Assembly (NCBI RefSeq): GCF_006345805.1
Contig: NC_043007.1
Span: 4,340,001-4,404,000 of the forward strand
DNA: 64,000 nt
Source: Octopus sinensis
Lineage: Eukaryota
Direction: 5' to 3'
Both the position numbers and the translations under genes were made by a program. The notes under the pieces were generated by a model. That model made no database searches and was not told the DNA's origin. It was given only the letters and a program-made list of their open reading frames with translations. Each line of letters starts with the position of its first letter. The stretch's first letter is position 1. Shown piece after piece: positions 26,458 to 37,267 of this stretch.

Positions 26458-27029
26458 CTATAATCTGCTGTAGAGAATAAATAGCAACCACTTCAAAAGC
26501 TTATTTGCAATGAACTGGCATTCCATCTAAACGATGCTGCTATTTCTCTCATGCACTTAACACCAATGTCCAAAGCTAGGAACTGCTTTTATGTCCTACC
26601 ATAAGGATTTGTGGAACTATTTTATTGATCAATCTAAACACTGAGGTTTTGCGAGGTAACATATTGCTTTGTTTTTTCATATATTGTATTCTACTGCTGG
26701 CACTTTTAAGCTACAAAAACTAGATCATCAATTATCCACAAACTGTCTGACATACTTTATATGAGTGACTGTTCCAGCTGACATTGTCAATATATGTTTG
26801 TATGTAGCTGTGTGTGTGTGTGTGCGTGTGCGTGTGTATGCACGCATTCCCATGTGTGTCCAGATTCTTATTAATTCAGCATGCATTTTAGTATCTGTAC
26901 AAGTACTGTAAACATATATGTACATGCATATATATTTATGAATGTGTGTGTGTGTCTGTCTGTGTGTATGTACATAATTTATTTATGCATTATTTGTCAT
27001 TATTAATTTCGTCACTGTCGTTGTCATCA

Positions 27030-27060
<31 letters not shown>

Positions 27061-27341
27061 CTGCTAATGACAAACATGTATAATGTAATATAACGAACTA
27101 AATGTTAATAGCAATGCAACCTTACAGATGCAGCTTGATATAGTACCCCCTCCCCCCTGTCTACCAAAGACATCATCACCCCTGCAAATCAATTATCGTG
27201 GGACCAAAGACTAAATAAGCAAAAGATTAAGGACACAGACATGATTGTATGGTTAAGAAGTTTATTTGGTAAGTTTGTGGCCAATGAATAATACATATAT
27301 GCATTTATGTATGCATTTGTGTGTGTGTGTCTCTCTCTCTG

Positions 27342-27369
<28 letters not shown>

Positions 27370-27372
<3 letters not shown>

Positions 27373-27834
27373 GGTGTGTCAGGTGCTAGAAAAGGGGTGT
27401 ACAATCAACAGTACAAGATACAGTGTTTTGTTGACCAACAAACTGAAGCCAGCAATTCACACCAAATGCCAAAAACCTATTGTCAAAGAAAGTTTTGTTG
27501 TTGCGTGATAATGCACGCCCACACATGGCCACCCAGTCTGTTGAAACCATTAATCAATTGCACTAAAGGACTCTGATGAATTCCAGCACCTGACGCACCT
27601 TCTGACCAGAGAAATCAGATTACTGCTCTTTGTTCTTCTTTGGTGGACGTTGCTTGTGGAGTGGCCAGGCTTACACTGTAAAGCCAGAAAGAAAAATGGC
27701 ATGATCAGGCCCAAACTTTGTTGCATGACCACAAGAGTACCAACTATAAGCATGCATGCATGCACAGAAGGCAGTGTGGCAATAATAAAGATATGTTGTG
27801 GTGAAAGAGCAGATAATTTTTGACTTCCCCCTCG
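27370..27834. mobile_element. Rearranged mariner remnant
   Basis: Plus-strand catalytic-domain fragment (INSTRYSVLL..DNARPHMA) abuts a minus-strand 5' end (TIR cgaggggaagtcaaaa next to TA; TKEEQRAVI*FLWSEG). Confidence 0.8.
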
Positions 27835-27980
27835 TATTTTCTCATATAGCTCCAGGTCAACCATACATAAAGACACACAGACAGACAGACATTCAGTCAA
27901 TTATGAAGTAAAACCAGTGCTAGTGTTATAAACGTTATTGAAGGCACACACTTGATGTATATGTTTTGCTTGTTCACCAG

Positions 27981-28055
27981 TTCATTGCTTTACGGAGCTC
28001 TGGGGACGACTCCCTCATAGCACTGGGTGTTAAAACACCTACAAGTCCTAGACAG
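27981..28055 (+). CDS. Candidate exon FIALRSSGDDSLIALGVKTPTSPRQ (75 bp, phase 0/0)
   Basis: gttttgcttgttcaccag acceptor, CAG|gtgaga donor, open frame. Confidence 0.45.
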
Positions 28056-28069
28056 GTGAGACAACTCAC

Positions 28070-28117
28070 CTACAGTCCTATCCAGGGATGATGATACCGA
28101 TATTTTGCCATCATATA
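28070..28117 (-). CDS. Candidate exon YDGKISVSSSLDRTV (48 bp, phase 1/1)
   Basis: ggtttaattcaag acceptor, TAG|gtgagt donor, open frame. Confidence 0.28.
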   Translation of the reverse strand, partial: YMMAKYRYHHPWIGL

Positions 28118-28849
28118 CTTGAATTAAACCAGGGATGAACTAAATGTGTGTATGTGTGTGTGTGTTCACATATACATCTATGATGGGGTTCGTACAGTTT
28201 CCATTTACCAAATATATTCTGAAGCAGCGGCTGACCTGGTGGGGGAGGGCCCATTGTAGAATGTGTGTGTGTGTGTGTGCACATGCAAACATGAATGTGT
28301 GTGAATGGTGACATCTCACAGCTGCACTCGAGTGAAACAATGAATGATATTTACATTGCCTGTTGACATTATTACTGATTGTTCTGTGCTTTTGAAGGCC
28401 TGCAGAATAAAAGAAATCTCTTGAAAAACAACTGAAGAAGATCCAGCCACAAAACTCTGCCCCAAATATGTCCCCATCCAACCCATGTTAGTATATTAAA
28501 CTCAAGTGTTGATTGAGCAAGTGGCTAAACTCACACTCAACTGGTAATTTGCATAATGGTGCAAATGTTGATATCTTGTATTATTAACATAAGCCCTGTA
28601 AAGTGCTTCTGTGATCAATGTAAGGTAGACTTATGGCTCTGTGATTTAGGAAATGGTTTGGAATATAGGTGTTTTGGTCCCATTTGCTTGTACTAATTTT
28701 CATGGCAGTTAAAAAATCAAAATCCTGTATATTTCTTTCAATTCTGGATTAATCATAAAAAATGTCATGTAATTACCATTATTATCAATGACTCGATTAT
28801 CAATATTTCAGCATTACCTTTCCTAATACCTTGGTTTGTATCGGTTTGT

Positions 28850-29210
28850 CATACAGCATACGGTCAATTGTGTTAGTCTGTCGTCATCTGTTCCGTGAGA
28901 CTCACTGTCCTGAGACCTAATCTTACCACATTTCCTCCTTTCTTCATTTCTATAGCTGCCCTCCATCAATAGCTCACGGCACTTTTTCACCCAGCACCTA
29001 TCATTCTTTCACCTCACATGTCAATACCAATGCACTCACATCTTTTGTATGCATTAGCTCAAACACTTTTAATGTGCAGTTACTCTCTCAGCTCATTTAT
29101 GCTCAGCCTTTCATGCAAGCTATCCATTTAATCTCATTAGTTGCATCTTTAATGTCTTACTCTACTTTGAAGTTAACCTCCCAGTCACACTGTTTGACCT
29201 AGATAATGCA
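28850..29210 (-). mobile_element. Highly degraded RTE-like LINE 3' fragment
   Basis: Weak resemblance to the RTE post-RT region on the minus strand; many stops. Confidence 0.4.
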
Positions 29211-29469
29211 TCTTCAATCTACAGTGTTCAAGACATTGTACATAACCTTAGAAACATGGTTTACTGCTTATAAAATCTTCGTATTGATCATATACATACA
29301 TACATACATGTGTGTGTATGTAAGTATGTATATGTGTGTGTGCACACACATATATATGTATATATATAAACACACACACAAATATATGCACTCATATTTG
29401 TATAATTATATATATACATATATATATTATGTATGTATGTATGTATGTATGTATGTGTATATATATATA

Positions 29470-29516
<47 letters not shown>

Positions 29517-30009
29517 ATCATGAAGAAAGCTGAGAGTAGAAACTTTTACAGAAAGAAAGCGATTACTAAAGTCTACAGTGTCTAGAAAACTCTTCTGAAT
29601 TCCAATTGTAATATATTTTTATTCACTGTGGCATAGTCATCTTACACTGTGAGATAGTAATATCTTTTTTTAAATGCCTCTGTTTATGCTTCTGGAAATA
29701 ATAAGGTTGTCCAAATAACATTATTTTCTACAAACATATCAGTAAAAACATTTCTCCAAATCTTTGTGAGTTCAATTCAGCATCATCCAAATTATGTTGA
29801 TTCCTGTATCCTTCCATATCTGTTGGCTATTATTGAAGAAATAGAAATCTCAATAAGAAAAGTGGTTTTATATAAATTTAAAACATTTTAATCAAATATA
29901 AGCAGCATAATTACAGATTGGTGTTCCCTGCCCTCTTTGTTTTATAACTTTCTAAAAAACAAATACTCTTTTAATGAAATTTTCCCAAGATACATCTTAG
30001 ATTTTGTAA

Positions 30010-30975
30010 ATTCCATTTATCAGGACAAAATAATGAAGGAACAGTTCGCTGAGATGGTAGTGTGTGGGTTGTTGCTGTGACAGATGTAAGCCACAGAGGC
30101 AATAAACTAGATCAAAAGCTTGATATGGAGTACTGACAGGTTTATGACATCTCACTTTGAAGGTTATTTCCATGCAATTCAAGAACAAGGGATCTGCATT
30201 AAGTACCTGCAGCCTAAAAGGCAGAAAACATTGGATGGCAATAAATGCAGGCTGTGCAAAACCAAAACTGAAGTCATCAACCACATCATTGCCAACTACA
30301 AGGGAATGTCTTTAAGATGCCATCTTCCCATGAAGCATGATGCTGTCACCAAATCAGGCTGAACCACAGCAAGAAAAAAGGAAATTACCAACAGACAAAG
30401 TTGACTGTGTTGAAAACTGATAGCTTAAAAAATATATTGGTGGCAGTTCGATATTTAAGAGATGAAGAATTATGTACATTATTTACTTTATTTACATTTG
30501 ATGGATATTTGTCCTCATCTTGTTTGTTGTTAACAACAAACAAGATGTGGACAAATATCCGTCAAATGTAAATAATGTATATTGGTGGCACTTGGAAATG
30601 AAAACAGCCACCAAGTTAAAGCACAACCAACTAGATATTGTTGCATGTGACCACAAGAAAAAAATTTACTTTGTTGTGGATATCAGTTGACCTTTGGACA
30701 GAAAAATAAAGAAAAGAAATATAAAGAGAAGAAATACAAAAAGAAAGAAAAGGTCTATGGCCCATTGGTAAGGTGTTTCCAAATCTAGTACCCAAGATAC
30801 GTTTTCAGTTTAGCTATTATTACTGGAACAAAAGGATATGTATCAGCCCACTTGGAGTAAAGTATGGCTGAATGTGTCTTGGAGAAAGAATACAACTCCT
30901 TAATTCATACACTGCGTAGAATCACAATAACTTGGACAATAAAATCTGCAAGACCTTCTTAATATTTAAAGGTTG
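30010..30975 (+). mobile_element. Non-LTR retrotransposon remnant with CCHC zinc finger and restriction-like endonuclease
   Basis: CRLCKTKTEVINHII (CCHC-like) and IYWWHLEMKTATKLKHNQLDIV (HNRPDIV-like REL motif); interrupted by the insertion at 30446-30577. Confidence 0.8.
30446..30577. mobile_element. Palindromic 132-bp insertion with 13-bp TSD, same family as 61593-61879
   Basis: tatattggtggca at 30433-30445 and 30578-30590; about 44-bp arms with 2 mismatches centred on gttaac (30529-30534). Confidence 0.9.
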
Positions 30976-31869
30976 ATGAACAAAACAAACACTTTCCTTC
31001 ACAACTTTGCTACCAAACAAGTGGCCAGTCGAAATTAATTCTAAATTAAAAAGAAGGAAAGAAAACATACATACACACACAAGCAAGTGTATATATATAC
31101 CCCCCCCCCCACACATATACATACATGCATACATACGTACAGACAGACACGAGGCATAAGACCAGTCCAGATTGCCCTTTGAGTGCCACATTGTATCACT
31201 TAGACAACTCCTATTGAACTGTAAAGAGAGAAATTAGTAGATTACATTTCCACTCAACAGTATAAATTGTGATATTGTGATGAGATTGCTTGTGTTGAGG
31301 TGGTCAATGATGATATATTCTGAACACATAAAGCCATCCATTGTTACAATGGATGGCTTTATTGCTACTGCCGTGGTGTACTTGTTGGTGTTGTACTGTT
31401 GCAATGTGGGATATGTTGGCCGCATGAATAATAGCTGAAACAAACCTTTAACTTTAATACTTATTGCTGGACATGGTATTTTGTGTTGGCTTTGGAACAT
31501 GTTAATAATACATTGCCAACTGGGAGGAGTGAAAACTGATGGGCCATAGATAGCAACCTCCTATAGAGCATTGTGTTAATGTTCATAATTGGTCTGTCTG
31601 AGTACCTGAAGTTGTCTGTGTGAAAGTGCAAAGCTGTCTGCTAATCTGTTTGACCGCCTTTTGAGTTAAGCACCAAACAGATTTTATGGAGTGAAAAGAG
31701 GATAAATTCTAGAACAGCTGAGAGGCCATATCTCAACTCAGCTTCACACTGATTGGTCAATTTATAAATCAATGATGTGAAACTGTGGTGGCTCACTTGC
31801 AGTACCTACCCAAGTATCCAGCAATTACACCCCTCTTTTATTATATATTTCTCTTTCTCTATCTCTCTA

Positions 31870-31915
<46 letters not shown>

Positions 31916-33300
31916 TGCATCTGCCCATTTAAAAGTAAGGAAAACTGGTAGAATATTAAAAAAAGACAGTATAAACACAACAAACATGATATTATTCTGT
32001 TGGACAGGAAACAAAAGTCATGCTCTATTGCAGAAGACAACTGCCTGGCAGATGCGAATGTCTCATCTGAAATTGGGGAAAGAGTTACAAGGAACTTGCT
32101 GTTATTGTAGCCAGGCTACGGATTACCATTTGTACCTACCATCATAGGTACACTGGCTTCATGTAACACATTTGCTAAAACAAGAAGTCTAGAAACTCTT
32201 GGGTTTTCCAAGAATGTTCACAATAAATTAACGTCTCCCAAGTCCATTTGATTAGTAGCATAGTGAAACATTCCACAGACACTCCTTTTGAGTTTCTCTG
32301 AATGAATGTAAAGTGCCTGTAGCTTTTACACACATAAAGGGTGATCACACATACACACTAGTCTATTAAAGAGAGATGTACACCTTTTACATAAATATGT
32401 TTATATGTAAGCCTGCATCTATATATAGACTGACTTATTCATGAAACTTTGGAAATGTCTGGACTGAAAAACAACAACAGCAAAAAAAAAACGTGTCACT
32501 TTGTTAGTGATTGTCTTTAATTCTGTAAAGAACTTAAATACATCTTAAAGAAAACACATATACAGATGCACAGAAATTATGTATGGAAGTTGGTTTGTTG
32601 TGCGGTGTGCCTTTCTCTTGAAACCCCTGAGTTAGGAAACTCCTCAGTTAAGTGATCATAGCGAAACACATTTTTTCTCGTTTCATCTCTGTTTTAATTC
32701 AATTCCCATACAAATTTCAATGTTTTGTTTCGTTTTTTTGTTTTGTTTGTTTTTCGGTTCCTTCCCAATAATGTTCCTCTATCAAATTAATTCTTTGTTT
32801 GAAGATTCCTATTCCGTAATAGATCTGTCTTAATTAAGTAAAACCAGAATAGAACATTTTGCATTAGAAACAAATCAAAGAGAAATTTTATGAAATAACT
32901 AACTAAAATATATCTGAAACACTTCTTTATTTCAAGCCATTAACAACAATAGAAAAAGTAGTATAAAATGGAATGAATAAATAATGGGCAATATATACAT
33001 GTACATATACATACATATATACATATATACGTGTACATATACATATATATATATAAATAGATGAATAAATATATATGTATGTATATATATATATATAGAT
33101 ATATATATGTATGTATACACATGCACAGACACATACATAGACACACACATTGAGGGCGCATTGTAAATATTGTTCTTTTCTTTTCCATTAATTCCTTTTT
33201 TATTTGTATTTTGCCTTTTTATCTTGCCTCACATTATTTACCTACATACTCTCCTACTCAGCTCTTTGTTTATGTATCCTAACATTCACATATTAACTTT

Positions 33301-33302
<2 letters not shown>

Positions 33303-33392
<90 letters not shown>

Positions 33393-33401
33393 ACACACAC
33401 A
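33303..33401. repeat. (CA)n microsatellite
   Basis: Direct reading. Confidence 0.95.
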
Positions 33402-35181
33402 GCTAGAAAGAGATATGTATGTTGTACTACATTCAAGATTTAATAGATTTGCAAATTTGAATTATGTTTCATCTTAAGTAGCCAGGTTTTGTGCTTCAGT
33501 ATTGCAGCCAATGCCATCAACACCATTATCACAACATATGACACACAATACTAACATCATTGTCACTCTGACCAAGAAAAAGACTTCAAAATTTTACCTC
33601 CAACATGATTGGAACAAATGTTACCTCCACTGACACCACTATTATCACAATCGTACAGCAATAATCCGAATTGCCACTATCTACCACCATCACTACTAAC
33701 ACCTGAACTACAACAACAAGCCTTGCCTTGACCGCTTCTGACTTTTGTCACTACCAACAGGGAGCTTCTTTATCTCCTGCTCAACACAACTGCCAAAAAT
33801 CACTTTGAAAATACACTCTACCTACTTGAAAAAGGGACACATTTGTTTATATCAGCGCATAAACCAATGTCTGATAAACAGATGGAATGGTCATGGCTAG
33901 AATGTCTTTGATCATATATCTATTTGATCGTAATTGACTTGAGACCAAACAGCAACGCTACTACCACCAGAAAAACTGTAAACTCTGAAAGACATAAAAT
34001 GGCAACTTTTATGATGTTACTCTATCAAAGCCAAATATTTTTTGAAATAAATCAATCTATGTTTTTATCTATTTAGGATAATTCGCCTTTTTAAGTGAAA
34101 TAAAAAATAAAAGGTACCGTTGTAGGAAGTTTTCCAACCAATAGAAATAAAAGCATTAACTTTTAGCATTGATTTTTATCATTTTCTTTGATTCGTAAGG
34201 AACCAGTAAATTTATGGCAAACAACGATGTTTCACTGTAATGTTAATGGCAAATAATACTTTTTCACTAGCAGCTATATCATTTCATTAAAATATTCCCT
34301 GGAACTTCGGTTGCAGTATTTATTTTTCTATGTTTTTTTGTATTATTTTATTCTTAACGGGTGTTTTTACTATTTTTGATCCTTTTTTTTTCCTTATTTC
34401 CGTATTTGTTTTGTTGTCATTGTCGTTTTCTTTTCTTTTGGTAGAAGGTATTTTCTTTTGTATGATTTCTAGAGGTTGGTTGACAAAGTCAATATTGAAG
34501 ATCTTGTTCCAAGCTGAGCCACGTCACTCCTTGGAACTATGATTTATTAAAGTAAATTCTCTCAGTAGACTCTGAAAAATGAGTTATGGTCTGTCACTCC
34601 CAATATATATGTTTGGTATCATCAGAAAAACATCACTTTCTGTGGTGGATATATTCTCTGCGATGCTAGAATTTTCTTCTTCAAACCAATTTATTCCACT
34701 TTTGAACTGAATTTTACCTAACTGAACTCTACTGTATTGAACAGAATACTAGAAACAAAATGACCAAATGTTTATTAGTGTAGAAGTATTGAGTAAAATT
34801 CATTGCACATATTTCATTGTGTATTTGGACAGTAAACTTTATTCTTTATGTCCAACTTCTTTTAGCTGCTGGAAATACATTCAGGTCACTTGAAATATCT
34901 CATCTGCTTAATGCCACGAGAAAAGAGCTAAGAATTGATTTTTAAAAGCCTCTTGGAGAGGTGACATTTACTATATATTTTATATATTAAGCCTGCTACC
35001 ATATACTAATTTATAATACTACAGTGTAGCTTAATATGTACATTCATTGCATGAGCAAAGAAGCCTGTGTCGCTGTGGAAGGACGACCACAAGTGAAGTT
35101 GATAAAGAAGCAATACACTTGTGTCTGAAGAGTCAACTGTTTATATATAATTTGTCATGCGGCTCTAAATTACAGTTGAAG

Positions 35182-35670
35182 ATATATGATGTCATCATCA
35201 TCATCATTGTTCGACCGTGGTCGAGACAATGGAATTTACCATGCTACGCCAGACTTCACGGTCCATGATGGCATTACGGAGGTCCTGTTGCTGGATGCCT
35301 GTATCCCTGGAGATTACATCAGGGTAGGAGAGTGTGCACCCTCTGGTATTGCGAGTAGATGGCTTCCAGAGGAGAAGAGTAAAAATTACCTCTTTTTCAG
35401 CTCTACAACAATGTCCAGCAAACTGGACTCTCTTACCTTTCACAAGAGATGACACAGATGGTAGTTTCCCATATATTTGCATTTTGGTTGGATGGCGCTT
35501 CCACGAGAGATTTTGAGCTCTCATAAGGAGGCGAGTGTAGGTTCCATCCAACCGCCTCTCAAGCTCCTTTGATAACGTCCAGGTTTCTGAGCCATATAAT
35601 AGAATTGGTTCGACTGTGGCTTTGAAGATTTCAAGTTTGAAGTCTCTACTTAGATTTGATGACCAGATCT
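35182..35670 (-). mobile_element. RTE-type LINE 3' fragment (same family as 21229-21680)
   Basis: Part of ORF 35204-35839: EIFKATVEPILLYGSETWTLSKELERRLDGTYTRLL...; (tga)n tail. Confidence 0.9.
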
Positions 35671-35682
35671 TATGACCAGATC

Positions 35683-35910
35683 TTATGATGTATGTGGCAC
35701 ATAAAAAGCACCATCCGAATGTGGCCGATGCCAGTGCCGCCTTAACTAGCTTTTGTACTGGTGGCATGTAAAAAGCACCATCTGATCGTGATCGATGCCA
35801 GCTCCTCTGGTCCATGTGCCGGTGGCATGTAAAAAGCACCCACTACACTCTTGGAGTGGTTGGTGTTAGGAAGGGCATCCAGCTGTAGAAACTCTGTCAG
35901 ATCAGATTGG
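35683..35910 (+). mobile_element. SINE (family B) with tandem gtaaaaagcacc modules
   Basis: Three modules followed by the gggcatccagctgtagaaa core. Confidence 0.8.
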
Positions 35911-37228
35911 GGCCTGTAATGCATCATTGTCCGGTCAGCTAAAAGGTAAAAATATGTCATGAGAAGTAAATTCACTGCTTACAGCATTGGTAATACCAAA
36001 ATACTTTTGACTTAAAGTCATCACTGTTTGGCTTGGATGGTCTAAATTGCTTTAGTTAGACTCTCGTCATACATCAGTAATGCTGTCGTCTCTCAATTTT
36101 GTTATCCAATAATTACAAAATCTTGCTATGATTGTTTTGTTTTGTGCTTAAATGGAAACCTCTAAAAAGTTAGATTGTCCACTATTTCATCTCATATAAA
36201 GTTATTATGTTATATAACCACCCCCACACCCAAGTTATATCTCCCCATATGTGTCATCGTTATATCTGTTGTTATATCACAGCATTATATTTTTATTGTG
36301 ATGTGATACATCTGGAAACCAGGTGTAAAAACTAACATCAAAATCATTTACACCCAGTCACTGCTAGTCTATACATTTTGTCACCTGTGTGTTTCCATAA
36401 TTGTTCATTTGCTGACTGCAACACTTTGACTTAATTTCTCTCCTGTGATGATCTTTCATTGCAACCTTTGCATTTATAACATCACCATAGCTACATCCCA
36501 AAGATTAGAGTCTTTATTTCAGAAAATTTCCCAAAGTACCTTTTCCATTAAACATATAGAGTTAATTGCAGGATGATGTACTTAGTGTTGTAAATGACAA
36601 AACAATTTCCAGCCAATTAAAATTAAACTCTTGAAAAGAAAGATCATTAGTGTTAATGATTAAACAAATGGATAGTCTTAACAAAAGAACCATATCTTTT
36701 CAAAGATTTTGTATCACTTAGTAAGTGTAGACTAGTCTTGTTTATATTTCACTGAGGAAGTTTAATAAGAATGAAACATGGCTGGGGTTGTCACTGTACT
36801 GAAATGTTTCTACTTAATTTCAAATCATTTTATATCTTCAAGTTATCTCTCTTGCCTTCTTTGACTTTACTTTTCTCTACAAGTTTTAGTTCAATTGATT
36901 AAATTTTCCTTTTCTTTTTTTTACTTACTACACTTAACTGTATGTTCCTCATTCAGAAGGCACCTTTGGATATTTTCCTATATCACTAATTAAGCCTAGA
37001 GATTACTCATCGTGATCAATTGTTGATTATCTACAAAACTCAACTACAACTAAGACTGGAGTGCTGCACACATACGTGCAGTATTGCTCCTATTATGCAC
37101 GCAAATAATCAATATTTATCTCCCAAAATACCATCAACCTAAGGAAGCCTCCAAAGTTCTTGGACACTATTCCTCATGGTCTAATTAAAAAAATGAATTC
37201 TCACCTTTATTTTGGTTTTTCTTTCTAG

Positions 37229-37267
37229 ATTCCTGATAGAAGAACTGCCCAAGGATTACATCTTGAA
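37229..37267 (+). CDS. Candidate 39-bp exon (FLIEELPKDYIL in phase 2/2 or IPDRRTAQGLHLE in phase 0/0)
   Basis: Near-consensus acceptor ctttattttggtttttctttctag and donor GAA|gtaagt; two frames open. Confidence 0.5.

Noticed and set aside
35657-35685. 13-bp tandem duplication atgaccagatctt at the LINE/SINE junction
   Set aside because: Ordinary junction slippage; no separate biological signal.
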